A stretch of 64,000 nt of DNA, taken from NCBI GenBank assembly GCA_030704615.1, contig CM060731.1:2666001-2730000 (forward strand), given 5' to 3'. The notes below the pieces were generated by a model that worked only from the letters and a program-made list of their open reading frames with translations, had not been told where the DNA came from and did no database searches. A program made the translations under genes and the position numbers. Source of the stretch: Takakia lepidozioides (taxonomy: Eukaryota; Plantae; Bryophyta). Of the stretch, positions 49,501 through 63,000 are shown in pieces; within the stretch, counting starts at the first letter, position 1; each line of letters opens with the position of its first letter.

Positions 49501-51094
49501 GTCAATGGTGGGACAATCCAGGCAAGAAGGTGAATGTCTGTCTGATTATAGAGAGTAGCAGATGCAATTGAGCATAGGAACTAGTGTGATAAGTTGAGTT
49601 GGGTGTTTCCTAGAATAAATCTAGGTTGTCATCGTCAGCTGCTAGCAGCAAGGCAAGGATGTATGCATGATTTGTGCATAGGCATGGATAGTTGAAGGAG
49701 CAGGGATAGAGTGTGGGTCCAGATTCATCCAAGAGGGCCAGAAAGAGGTCCATGGTGACATCGTCAAAGTTGGAATTGTACCGGATGTCATTCTGAACAC
49801 TGCCCTGGTGACATGTATGCCAAATGTGGGTGCATTAAGGATGCGAAGGGAGTTTTCAACACTATGGCTGAACGAGATGTGGTGTCATGGAACGCGATGC
49901 TTGCAGGGTATGCACAGCAGGCCGGACGTGGTATGGAGGCTTTGGAGACCTATGATCAAATGATGGGGGAAGGGGTGAAGCCTGACCACATCACATTTTT
50001 GTGCATTTGCAATGCATGTGCAAGCCTGACAGCTCTGGAAAGGGCACAAAAGTCCATGGCAACATTGTCAGAGCTGGAATTTTACCAAATGTCATTATGA
50101 ACAATACCCTTGTGGACATGTACATGCAAAATGTGGGTGCACCCTATCTCGCTGATTTGTTGTTATGCTGAAACAGTAGCAAACGTAGAAAGGCATACAC
50201 ATTTTACATGTGTTGCTATCTTCAGTGCATATGTAGTGTCATTTGCACTTTGTCATACTATTGTTTGAGGAGCAGATTTGGGACTCAGGTGCTATATTGT
50301 AAATTTGACTGGCAGCAGTTTAAGAGAAGCTCTTACATCTACTGCTGTCTTTAAGTGCCTATGTTTTGTCCTTTGCACTTGCTGACTTTGTTCTTTCCTG
50401 TGATTCTTGCCTGTGAATAAAGCATTCATTTGCAGAGTCATTTTTTGTGTCTTTGTTCTTCCCTTTGTTCTTCTCTTTGTTTAGTATTGAATAATACTAA
50501 CCCTAATCTCTACTAACCCTAATGAGATAAGCATAGTCGTGGCTCTGCCTGTCCAATACATTTAAAAGTTCAAAACAACCCCTCATATGACACCACGTGT
50601 CCATATATCAGCATGTCATAGTCAGGATCATGACTGCAAGACCTCCTCAATACATGCCACGCGTCCACATATCAGGATGTTTGTAGTCATGACAATGACT
50701 GCAAGACCTCCTCATTATATGCCATGTATCCATATATTAGCATGGTTATAGTCAAGATAATGACTGCAGATCCTCCTCATGGATATGCCACGTGGCAGTT
50801 TCGGGAGACGCCATATGGCGCACATCCACAAAACCTCCTGGACTTATTAGAAAGAGACACGTGTACAGTTTGCAGCAGCACACTAAGTCATGTATGGTAG
50901 AAGTACGTATGACTGCCACATGACAGTGAGATGTATCACTTGGTTCATCTGACTGCAGTCATCCATGACCGACCATACTGTACTCATTGTATTGACTTGG
51001 TTTGCACGACTTAAAGTCATAGAAGTCATATGTACTGTTTATGACTACAGGATAGTCATATATACAGTCAGATGTACCACAACCTGTTGTAGTG
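46553..51094. mobile_element. CACTA-2: non-autonomous Pack-CACTA element (4.5 kb)
   Basis: TIRs CACTACAACAGATCGCGGTATATTTGACTG and reverse-complement CACTACAACAGGTTGTGGTACATCTGACTG. TSD GAA. Excision restores RT QKLREDKLYAK. ATGACT subterminal repeats. Confidence 0.96.
48010..50140 (+). pseudogene. PLS-class PPR fragments in CACTA-2 (blocks ~48010-48895 and ~49740-50140)
   Basis: Same P-L-S motif family as in CACTA-1 and at 832-2409, with frameshifts and stops. Confidence 0.9.
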
Positions 51095-54000
51095 GAAGAC
51101 AAGCTATATGCCAAGGCTTCAAAGTGCGAATTTGAGGTCACAAAAGTGGAGTTCCTAGGGCATGTGATTACACAGGATGGGATCAAAATGGATGACAGAA
51201 AGGTGAGGACGATCTTGGACTGGGAGCCTCCGACTTCGGTCCCGGGAGTGCGATCCTTCTTAGGACTCGCCTCCTATTACCGAAAGTATGTGAGAGATTT
51301 CGCCAAGATCGCGGGGCCACTGTCAGACCTTCTGTGTAAGTCCAAGATATAGGTATGGAACACTTTTTGTGGCCAAGCTTTTGCCGGAGTTGAAGCAGCA
51401 GATGGCGGAAGCTCCTGTCTTGAAAATCCCGGAGTTCGATCGTCTATTTGAGATTCATACAGATGCGTCGGACTTCGCAAGTGGGGGTGTACTCATGCAG
51501 GATGGACGTCCAGTGGCTTACGAAAGTAAGAAACTGAATGAAGTGGAGCGACATTGGCCTACCCACGAGAAAGAAATGAAGGCGGTGGTGCATTGCCTTG
51601 AGCTTTGGCGCCACTACGTTGGTTCCAACCCGGTGAAGGTGTTCACGGACAATGTCACGGTGAAGTATTTTGCCACGAAGCCTAAGTTGTCCCCAAAACA
51701 ACTTAGGTGGCAAGACACTTTGGCGGTGTTCGACGTGGATATCCAGTACAAATCGGGACGGGACAATGTGGTGGCTGATGCTTTAAGTAGGAAGCAGCAG
51801 CTCATGTTGGTGTACAGAGGCGAGACGGCGCTCCAAAGGAAGATCCGGAAGGCTTACCGGAAGGATGAGATGGCGAAGTCCGTGATGCAGGACTTGAGGA
51901 TGGGGGTTAAATCGCAGTTCTACTTGCAAAATGGACTGCTCCGGTACAAGCAAAAGTGTCGAAGGGAGGGATCAGAGATAGTCTCTTGAGGGAATGCCAC
52001 GATGGCCCGCTTGCGGGCCACGATGGAGCCAAGCGCACCACGGCACTCTTGAAGAAAGAGTATTTCTGGCCCAAACCGAGGGAGGAGGCCGAGGAGTATG
52101 TCAAGACATGCACCACATGTCAACAAAACCGGAGCGAGTACAAAAAGCAAGCAGGGCTGTTACAACCCTTGCCGATTCCAGAGGGGTCTTGGGAAAGTGT
52201 CTCGATGGATTTCATGATTGCTATGCCGCTGTCAAAAGGATTCGATGCAATCATGGTGGTGGTGGATAGGTTCAATAAAATGGGCCATTTCATCCCCACC
52301 AAGGAGACGGCAACGGCGTAGGAGACGGAGCGACTTTACTTCGTCCACGTCTTCAAGCATCATGGACTCCCGAAGGATATTGTCTCGGACCACGATCCAA
52401 AGTTTACAAGTAAATTTTGGAGGGCACTTTGGAAAAAAATGGGGACGAGGCTCAAGATGAGCACCGCCTTCCGACCTACGACGGACGGCCAAACGGAAAG
52501 AGTGAATTCCGTGGTGAAGCAGATTTTGCGGAATTATGTGTCGGCAGACCAATCAGACTGGGTGGAGCACTTAGATGCGGTAGAGTTCTGTTATAATAAC
52601 CCAAAACACTCCGCAACGGGGGTTCCCCATTTTGTATTGGTCTATAGAGACTTTGGTGCCGACAAGTTGGGCCGCCCAGGACGTTGAGGAACCGGCGGCA
52701 GCAGCAGTGCTAGAAGAACGTGAACGTTTGTTGAAGCTTGCAAAGTACAACATTGCCAAAGCTAGGAAACGGTATGAATGGTAGGCGAATCGAAAATGGA
52801 GGGAAGTTAAGTTTGAGGCAGGCACGGAGGTCTGGTTGAATATCAAGAATTTTCGACTACCTTCGGAAGTGAGTCCGAAGTTCGTACCTCCGTATGCGGG
52901 GCCCTTTCGCATCCGGAAGGTTATGAATGAGGATGTGTATGAATTGGAGCTACCGGCAAACAGCAAGGTGCATCCGGTATTCCACGTTTCCCTTTTGAAG
53001 CCTTACTTCAAAGATGAAGCGCGTCCGAATCGGCATCAAGTGTTGCGTCCGCCACCTGTGCTGTTGGATCATGAAAATGAACTGAGTACGAGGTGGAGGC
53101 AGTGCTTAAGTCGAGGAGGTTCAAGAATCGAGAAACGGAGTATCTCGTGAAATGGAAGGGCTATCATCAAGTGGAAGCAACTTGGGTGCGTGCCTCAGAA
53201 ATGATAAACGCATCCGAGGTGGTTGTAGCTTTCGAAGGGCGACCTCAAAAGTGGAAGAAGCGTTGATAGGGACATCAACCTTGGATCGTGGGGGAGGAAA
53301 TGCATGCTTAGTCTGGCTTAGCTAGCTCAGGAATCCGATTGCAAAAACTTGTGTTGTACAAATTTTGCTTATAAATGAAATGGTTTCCAAATGTTGTGCT
53401 TTCTATTTTGTTTGGAATGATGATGCATGGTATGGTTGGCTAGTGTGTAGAATGCATGCTAGCTTACAAAAGTGGGAGAGGTAAATTGGATTAATCGTGT
53501 GTTTGCGCAGTGCCGAAATCGGGTGGCTCCCATCCAAGGGGCAAGGAAACTTGCGCCTTCTTTGAGAGTTCACGTGCTAGTGCGCACCTGGCGCGTGCGC
53601 GTACTATAACTGCGCTACCGAGGGGGTTACCTTGTAGTGCGGGCTAACGCGGAAGCTACATGCTTCCGTTCACGTACTATAATCGTGTAGCCTCGACGGG
53701 ACGAAGTCGTAGTGCGGCTTCGGCGTGTTCCCGTACCTCATGCCAGCATTCCAAGGCGGACCCAATTGTAATGATTGGGGCGCACGGTTGGTTCAAGATT
53801 ATCTTCCTAGTCAAAAAAAGGTTCAGGGTGAACCCTTGCTGAAGGTGATGCCAAAAGCGACATCATGAGCGGTTGCAAGCAATGTTGTTGCAGTAAGGCG
53901 ATTTGATCCTCTGGGAGGATCGTTCCTTGGCCTTGAAGTGGGCCAAGAAAAGTGCACTGGGTGGAGCTTGAGAGGCTCCACCCTTGGCCGGGGCTTAGAG

Positions 54001-55812
54001 GAAGTCGGCCGAACTAGCTAGTGGAGAGTAGAGTCAAGTGGGGGTTTGGTTCTTTGCCATGGGACGCCATGGTACGGAAACAAACTCCTTGATGTGGGAT
54101 GCCACAACTTGGATGTTGGTTTCTGGGAACTGGAGAGCCGACAAGTTGGATTAAATGCACGGCTTCTCCGACAGACAACTGTCCACAGGTGGTAACCATC
54201 TTCAACCACAGGAGATCTCCCCTGCTATGCCCTCGAGTAAAAACCGGGAAGCAAAAAAAGTAGAAAAGATGAATATATCAAATGCGGCAACACTCCGCAG
54301 GATGACGGGAGATCTCCTCTTATAGTCGTCTCAACCCTTAAGTTAGAATAAAAATAAATAAAAAATGGATTGTGCAAGATAGAATCTATGCGCTCCACAG
54401 TGCAAATAACACTAAGGGATCATGGGAGGTCTCCCGTTTTGTGATCTCCAATGGGCGGAAAAAGATAAACAGAAAATAGAGTTCCAGACAAATTGGAAAG
54501 CATCTGCTCAAGATGACGGGAGGTCTCCCGTCACATTCTATGGTATATAACTGGAGAAGACGAAGACAGATAAATGAGATTTAGAAAAGAGCGACAAAAC
54601 AAAGAGAAAGTCTAATGGAACAACACCTCTTCGCTGTGCCAGGCTAAAAAAACAAATACTGCGTGAGTGTTGTGTGTAACTCTTCTGGAAAATACTGATA
54701 GAGAATGACTAACAAACATGCAGAGATGAAACACCACTCTACGTCCTTCCACCACCCTTCCACCACCCTTCCACCACTCTTCAGTCAATCCAGCACCTGC
54801 ACTCCACAATTCGGCAGGGCTTCGCCGAGACTGAATGAAATGAGAGGGAAGATGTTGCCCTTATATAGATCCGCATTTGCATGCTGGGGCATGAGGCCAA
54901 CCGCACCCATACATGAGGCTTGTACAGCAAGGGAATCGTTTCATTAATTACTTGCCATAATGATTGTGACGGGGGGCCTCCCGTACCCGACAATACGACA
55001 TTTGTATGGCCGCCACGTGGATGGATATCATCTATGATGTACCTGCTCGACGACATCAATGTAATCGGTACCGTCCAAGGAGATCCCAGATATAATATGA
55101 GCCGTTGGATTCGATGGATGTCGCATGACCATGATGTCGTTGCGCCGCTCCACGGGAGCTTTCCCCTCATAGCATTCATGGAAGGTAAGATTTGTCGTAG
55201 CGTACCCCAGCGCTGCCGCCGCATTCAGTAATGTTGATGCCGCCGCATTATGGCCGACGGCGTCTCGTAATCTGACGTTCCAGCACATGGGTAGCCTGCC
55301 TGCTTGCCACGTGCTGGAATACTAACTATGGAAATGCGGACGTGACTTCCGCGTGAGCGTGAGCGTGAGAGCATACACTCACTTGATTGTGATGTGGCGT
55401 GAGCGCAGGCTCACACCAGCTGATGTGGCATGAGCGTGGGGTTGCGCTGACGTGGCGTGAGCGTGAGGCTGTGGGCCTCCTGACGTGTCATTATCCGGCT
55501 GACGTGGCAGTCGTCAGAATGACGTGGCATCTGGACAACTTGCCAGATGCCATGTCATCATAAACATATAGCACCTATAGCCGTGGCATTCAATTCAAAA
55601 CACCAGAAATTAAAATGCATGAACGACTTGTGAAAGCATTTGCATCCATTCCATTTATTTTCGAATGACTACACACTAGAAAGAAATGGCACACATTGTA
55701 CAACATAATTGGAGGCTGCATTGGCACCAAATATACGAAGGGACATCAAGTTCAAGTTTCAACTCTTGTGAAATCCAGTAATGGAATTTGCAGATGACCA
55801 AAGTGAAGAGGA

Positions 55813-57290
55813 TGTTATGTGCTCATATCCTGCTGCATAAGTGTATTCACCTCGTTGAAACTCATGGCTGTGTCGGACTGTGGCTGGCTGTGTGAAGCTG
55901 TGTCGGGTTGTGATAGACTGTGATAGGCTGTGATGGGCTGTGACAAGCTGTGTAAGGCTATGTCAGGTTGTGTCAGCCCGTGACTGACTGTGTGAGTATG
56001 CCTACCACCCCTAAGGGTTCCCCACAGAACCCGTAAAACTGTCCAAGTCCCAGACAGCCCTCTAACATTATCCCTCCCCCCCTCAAAAAGCTGTGTCCTC
56101 ACGGTTTACTGTTTAGGATCAGTAAACCTTTGTGAACGAGCACCCTTCTGCCGGTGAGAGTCCCTCGGAGGGTTCTGTGTATGAGCCCGAGCCATGTCTG
56201 TGGCTGGTGGGGACGGTTGTTGACTAGATGGAGCATACTGGCTAGCTCCCTTTGGCTGATAAGGAGGTAACTTTTCAGGCATAGGAGATCCCCGTCGTTT
56301 CTTTCTCCGCCATTTGGATTGCATAATCCACAGCCATGTCAAAAGGTTTGTCCATAGAACTAGTAGTGTCAGAATCATCTTCCCCCCAGTGGCCTTTCGG
56401 AAACACCTTATGTGGCTTCTCAAGAATCCTGCGAGTCATACAGTGTTTGCCCACCATGTCTGGAAGCTTAAACTTTAAAACTTGTATCAATCTCTTGCGG
56501 GCAAAATTAGTGTACTCCCGCAACTCCTCGTTTGTATAGCTGAGTGGTGTGCCAATGACGTTGGAGAAGTATAACCACTTTATGGCTTCATGCCCCTTAG
56601 AAAAATCCGTGTTGGATCCAAATACATATAACGTCACCCACAAAATTTGCAGTCCTGGGCGATGTATTGCACAATATCCAGAGAGGGGAAAGTGCCCATC
56701 CTCGCTTCATTCACATTACGAGCCAATCTGATGGATCACCCCAACACATTGCCATCGCTTTCTCCTATTTCTATCAAAAGACCCAAGTTTTCCTTGGCCA
56801 TCTCCAGAGCAAAAGTAAACCAAGAACAAAGTTGGGGATCCTTCTGAAGCATGATCCTTACATCATACAGATATGTATGTGATGGAACTGAAGGTAACAC
56901 CCAATGCTCCCCATTGGAATAAGTCTGAAATCTCATCTTCATCTTCTGCTGCTCAATGTGATAGCGTGAAATAAAACAAGCAGCATAGTATAGTCCACAA
57001 CCCATGACCAAACTACGTACCTCCTTGTCTTGGTATAGATGTACCCATGAACAATCTGGAAGGCAATTAATTCTTTCAGCATGGTGCCTGCCTCAGACCA
57101 GTACCGTGCAAAATGGTGATCTTCAATGGGTCGGTCATTTGGAAGAACCTTAGTCCGAGTTGCCACTGGCAACCAAATGCGCATGATCTGGTAATAGTGT
57201 GCCAAAGACTCAGGAGGACTGAATTCTTTCCAAGCCAAATCCATAACAATGGGAATTTGGTTGACATGGTATCAACGGTGGCGACCTGGT
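55813..57290 (-). mobile_element. 3' end of an LTR retrotransposon: degenerate unknown ORF, PPT and short LTR (55813-56067)
   Basis: Minus-strand GAGGGGGGGAGGGATAA followed by TGTTAG, with TGTTA...TAACA boundaries. Broken ORFs at 56106-57300 with no recognised domain. Confidence 0.55.
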
Positions 57291-57532
57291 GTCCTAGTTG
57301 CAAATTTGGACGTGACGTGGCGTTGACGCGTCAGCGTCACGTCCGACGTCAACGACGGACGTGCGTCATGTCACGTCCTAAACCGACGTTACTGTACATA
57401 AATATGTTTATTTTTTTACTTTACTATTGACTATTTACTATGAGAACCGACGTGGCAACCGATGTGGCCTCATTACGTGGACTTCATTAATTATCTGTAA
57501 AATTCATATATTATGATTTATATTGTCAATCA

Positions 57533-58047
57533 TGCGACCGTCATCGAAGGTTGGTCGGACAAATTTTTAATTTTTTTAAATGGTGCGACCACCAGAAGGG
57601 GGTGGTCGCACATTTTTTCTTATTTTTTTAAATGGGTGCGACTACCGGCACGTGGTGGTCGCAGCATTTTCATTTTTTTTAATAAGTGCGACCACAAGCA
57701 GAGGGTGGTCGCACATTTTTTCTTTTTTTAAAATTGGGTGCGACCACCAGCAGATGTTGGTCGCAATTTTTTTTTAAAAAAAAAAATAGGTGCGACCACC
57801 AGCAAAGGATGGTCGCACATTTTTAATTATTTTTTAAATGGGTGCGACCACCAGCAGGGGATGGTCGCACATTTTTAATTATTTTTTAAATGGGTGCGAC
57901 CACCAGCCGGTGGTGGTCGCAGACTTTTTCTTTATGGTTATTAGGTGCGACCGCTTATGGGGGATCGCACATTTCTTTTTTGTTATTAGGTGCGACTGCT
58001 CCCTGGACACGTGGCGAGGCGTGAATGGGCAGCAGAGGCGGTCGCAC
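57533..58047. repeat. Tandem array of ~10 hairpin units (~52-bp period)
   Basis: GTGCGACCACC-short loop-GGTGGTCGCAC units separated by T/A tracts. TGCGAC starts at about 57584, 57637, 57687, 57739, 57791, 57843, 57895 and 57946. Confidence 0.92.
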
Positions 58048-58152
58048 GTCAGGCCTCTCCAGACAGTATATAAGGGCCTACCCCTCATTCCCAACCCACT
58101 TTTTTCCCTCTCTGTGAGTGCGGTTCTGGGGCTTCTTGGAGTTTGAACTTCA

Positions 58153-59877
58153 ATGGCTAGGACTGGGCGTGGGGAGGGGGGGAAAGAAAGTGGATTTGTG
58201 TGGGGGAGGAGTTTTTGCCTTTTTTTCCGGGGACTGCGGGAGAGTTTGCTTTGGGTACTATACCAATAGAGGGTGAGGAAATTGGTCTGCTAGTATATAA
58301 GGTTATCAATAGTCTGGGTTTAGTTTTCCGTTACGAAGCTGCGTCTATTCCGCAGAGTACTTTCATCGTGTCCGGAAACGTTGCTTCGAACGCAGTGTCA
58401 GGGGGTTCCTCGGGAAGTGGGCGTAAAGGTAGGAAGCGTAAACATGCACATGAACGGGATAGTCAGGTCAATAAAAAAGACTATCCAAGCGCAGAGGCCG
58501 CGAAGGTGGTGAAGCAAGTAGTGCTGAATTATTTGAAGGACAATGACATAATGCGTTTGAATCTTTTGTATGTCCGACATGGGAATGAGGGGTTCCTTAG
58601 ATTCCAGCACAATATGGAGATGAGAATGAGGGAGGCTTCGGCCGGGGATGAATGGGAGGAGGACAGGGCGAAGTTCCAATTCACGAAATGGATGGAGGAC
58701 CGGGCCCATGATGCCACATGGAATCTGAGGCAAACCATGGACAAGTTTGTTACGAGAACACCCGTAGCTGAAGGTCGCATGCCAACTTCGGAGGAGGAGT
58801 TGTTTGTGCTTGTGGATTGGTGGTCTGACATGGCAAAGGCCCACACCAAACGACGTACAAAACCACTCCCATGGAAGGCAGGGTCCTCGTCCGCGGATGC
58901 GGCATTGAACATGAGATACATATCCACAAACGCACAGGTACAACAACTCGACGCGCCCAAACAGGGAGGGTATGGTACAATTCGGAGGGTTAGAATTGTT
59001 GGGGATCAATTCATTCCTCCATCTTGGGAGCTAGCAGGGAAAACGCCCAGGGAAACAAATGCTGAGCTTGCCAAAGTCCAACATAACAATGAGGCGTTGG
59101 CTGTAAAGTTCCATCATTTTGGCATCATAAAGTATTTTGCGTTGCATCCACGTCGAAATGAAGGTTACACACATTGGTGGAAATGGGGGGACCATACGAT
59201 CATGGTTGAGTATTGATAGGAAATGGGGGAATGATCGGGATAACAGGGAGTTAATGGAACGACGGGGGATGGAGCAGGAAATGCAGGAGGTCAACCGACT
59301 GGTTCGATTCCGACAGAATCGCACCCAATTGGCATGGGCGCTTTTGTACATCATGCTCAACGTCCATAATCACCACCTCTTGCACAACGACATGTCCCCC
59401 GACAACATCTTGTTGCATTTTCCACAAGGGTCTGAAGATGTGTACATTGGGGTATGCGATTGGGGGATGGCCTCCACGACGGATGACCCAAAAACCACGT
59501 TGTACATTTTCGAGAGCAGAGACAAGATGATAAAGACTCTCGCACATAGATGGTGGATTGCACCTGAAATTGCAATTGTTCATAATGTGGCCAACAACCA
59601 GTCAGATGGCACACCTCGTAGGCCCCCTCTAACCGTGCCATCAGAGACCTTTGCAATTGGGAAGATAGCCCAGGCAATAAATGGGGGTAACACGTTCGAT
59701 GCAAGCCTGTTCAACGATATGTCTACTAGAACCTATTTTGCTTCGGCTCTGGAAAACTTGTGTGTAGACACAGTAGAGTTGCGGTACAAACTAGAAAATG
59801 TTGTGAAGCGTTTCATGACGGGGCTATTCAATTGGCCTGAGCCCAAAAATTGCTGGAGGATGGATAAAAATTTGTAG
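58153..59877 (+). pseudogene. Intronless atypical Ser/Thr protein kinase, two frameshifts in homopolymer runs
   Basis: GGYGTI glycine loop, AGK, HNDMSPDNILL catalytic loop, DWG and WWIAPE. TATATAA at 58067 and AATAAA at ~59902. Frameshifts near 58180 and 59183. Confidence 0.85.
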
Positions 59878-60039
59878 ACCTCTGACTGTACATCATGTTT
59901 GAATAAATGTTGTTTTCAATTGTGTTTGTCTCGTACCATAATGTTTTAATGGTTTGTTACTTGGCCATGGCACCTGGGTCCATCATATGGGATAATCAAG
60001 CACCACACCCACGAATCTTGAAGAGTGACAGTGTACACC

Positions 60040-63000
60040 GGGTCAATGGGTGAACCAATCGTTCCCCTGCCAAATGATTTTAGATTGATTTGAAACTTCG
60101 GGAGTGTCTTGTACATGTCCTCTTTAAGTTACCGGACAAGTATGAGGTCAATCTAAAATGGTTCTAAGGGTGAACCAACAGTTCCCCTATTAAATGATTC
60201 ATGATTGAAAATTGGTTGAAAGGTTTAACAAGTCATTCGGGGGGCAAATGATTATTTCTTCGCTTGCAACTTTCTGTACGTGATTTGTACGTACTTAAGC
60301 ACATATGGACCAAAGTTGAACTTCAACAAAGTTGTTTGAATGGGTTATTCAAATTCATAAGGATAAACAACCTTTCGACTGCACATGAATTGTTTTCAAT
60401 TCCATTCTGAAGTCATATGCTTGATAACAACATGAAGAGTTGCATGCAAAATATCACCATGAACAGACATTGTGTGCATCCAAAACACATTTTATTCCCT
60501 CATTTGCACTCCAAGGTGAAGTTATCTTCAACTTCATGCATTCTTCATAGAGAGTTCTGCAATAGTGAGCATAGAGCAAATGATGAACGTTTTTTCCCAA
60601 ACATTTTTCTTTGGTATATTTTTTGGCAAGGATGTGGTGGTGTGAGGGTTCAACTCACAGAACAAAATCAAGCCAAAAACAAAATCATTGCGCTCCACAC
60701 TCATTGCGCCCCACAATCCTATGCCCTCTAAATCATTTTATTTAGTAAAAATCCAGTTCAATTCAAAATTGGATGAAAGGGTGAACGGAAACTTCCCCGA
60801 TGAAATGATATTTTATTGCTCCGAAACTTTGCAAGTGTCTTCTACATGCCCTCTTACACGTCTTTGAGAAGTATGACATCAATCTAAAATGGTTTAAAGG
60901 GTGACCCAATCGTCCCCCTACCAAATGATTTTAAATTGATTTGAAACTTTGCAAGTGTCTTGTACATGCCCTCTTACAAGTCTTTCACAAGTTTCAAATC
61001 AATCTAAAATGGTTAAAAGGGTGAATCAATCATGAACATATCAAATGATTTTGGAGTGCTTTAAAGCTTTGCAAGTGTCTTTCACATGCCATTTTAAAGG
61101 TACCGGACAAGTATGAGGTTAGTAGAATATGGTTGAAAGATGAACCAATTGTTCCCCTATCAAATGATTTTACATTGCTTTGAAGCTTTGCAAGTGTCAG
61201 CCACATGCCCTCCTACAAGTACCGGACAAGTATGACGTGAATAAAAAATGGTTGAAAGGGTGAACCAATCATTCCGCTATCAAATGATTTTATATTGCTT
61301 TGGATGTCATTGCTTTGGTAATTCTAGCCCCCCAATGGCCCATTGTAACCCTTGAATTACAATTCAAAATGCAATTCAAGCCCTTAAAATTGGTAATGTC
61401 AGTCCCTAAAATGACCAACCTCGGCCGTCCCTCAAATTGTAATTTGAGCCCTTGAAATTGTCAATTCCAATCCCTCAAATTGCAATTGAAGCCCCTGAAA
61501 ATTAATTTCAACCCCTCAAATTGCACTTCTAGCCCCTGAAATGACAATTCCCGCCCCTGAAATTGCTAGTGCAGCCCCTGAAATTGGCAATTGAAGCCCC
61601 TGGAATGGCAGTTTCAGCCCCTCAAATTGCAAGTCCAACCCCTGAAATTGGCAATTCGAGCCCCATAAATGGCAATTTCAGCCCCTGAAATTGACTATGG
61701 GTGAACCAATCATTCCCCTACCAAAAGATTTTGGATTCATTTGAAACTTTGCGAGTGTCTTGTACATGCCCTCTTAAAGTTACTGGACAAGTATGATGTC
61801 AATGTTAAATGGTTCAAAGGGTGAACCAATAGTTCATCTGTTGGATGATTCATGATTAATCGTTAACGATTGATCTCATATTACACTGGGACCTATCAGA
61901 GGGTACATTGAACACACTGGCCAAGTCTCAAAGCGAACGAAAATCATTTGGATGGGCAACCATCCGTTGGCCCATTGAACGAATTTTGGTTGATCTCATA
62001 TTACTCTGGGGCCTCTTCCATGGCACATTGAACATATTGGCCAAGTCTCAAAGCGAACCAAAATCATCTCGATGGCCAATCATCCGTTGAGCCATTGAAT
62101 GAATTTTCATTGATCTGATATTAGTCTGGGACCTGTGAGAGGGTGTCTCAAACGTACTAGCAAAGTTTGGAAGCAAACAAAAATGATTTGGATGGGCAAC
62201 CATCCGTTCACCCGTTGAATGTATTCCGCTGGATCTGCTATTGCTTTGGGACCTGTTGGACTGTGTTTCGCGTGCTCACGATTTTTTTTTTTCATTTGGT
62301 TTTTGAATAGGGCGTGTAATGTAGCCATATGCAACGTGCGTGCCAAATTTGGGAGCGAATATAATTCATTTGGACCCAAAACCACAGTTTCTTCCTTGTT
62401 TTGCACTACAAACTTATTTTGTGTTCAACTTCATGCACTCTTCATAGAGAGTTCAGCAATAGTGAGCGAAGAGAACACTTTTTTGGGGGGGCATTTTTTA
62501 TTGGTCCAAATTTTGGCGGGGGAGTAGTGGTGGGATGCTGGAAGCCATAGAACAAAATTGAGCCAAAAACAAAATCGATACGTGCCAGAAACCCCCATGA
62601 AAGGCAGTGCAAACCTATTTATTGGCTTAAAATTAATTTAAATTCAATTACATTATGGAATGGCTTGGTGTCGATGGGGAGGCAAAAGATTTATTCGTCT
62701 GTTGTGTCTCCGCACATGTTCAAGCACATGCGGGCAAAAGAGTGGCTTCAACCACATCCGTTCAATGGGTGCAATAGCCGTGCACGCATAGCAGGATTTC
62801 TTTTTCGCAATGAACAAAAACCAGATGACAACTGAACGCCTCATTCGCCCATTGAACGAATTTTGATTGATCTCATATTACACTGGGACCTATCAGAGGG
62901 TACATTGAACACACTGGCCAAGTCTCAAAGCAAACGAAAATCATTTGGATGGGCAACCATCCGTCGGCCCATTGAACGAATTTCGATTAATCTCATATTA

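Larger units (their letters stand above)
44446..53300 (+). mobile_element. Ty3/gypsy chromovirus D (same family as C): 5' LTR 44446-45185, PBS-iMet 45188-45199, deleted gag, pol interrupted by CACTA-2; 3' LTR not found
   Basis: TGTCGC...GCGACA LTR and TGGTATCAGAGC. Protease-RT at 45420-46552. RT-RNase H-integrase-chromodomain at 51095-53266 (HTDASDFA, SMDF, HPVFHVSLL, YLVKWKG). Confidence 0.92.

Noticed and set aside
57533-58047. CRISPR-like array of palindromic repeats
   Set aside because: The spacers are mutually similar low-complexity A/T tracts, there are no cas genes, and the context is eukaryotic.
58153-59877. Endogenous giant-virus or bacterial horizontal-transfer segment
   Set aside because: No viral hallmark genes or gene-dense operon-like neighbourhood, so the origin cannot be called without a phylogeny.
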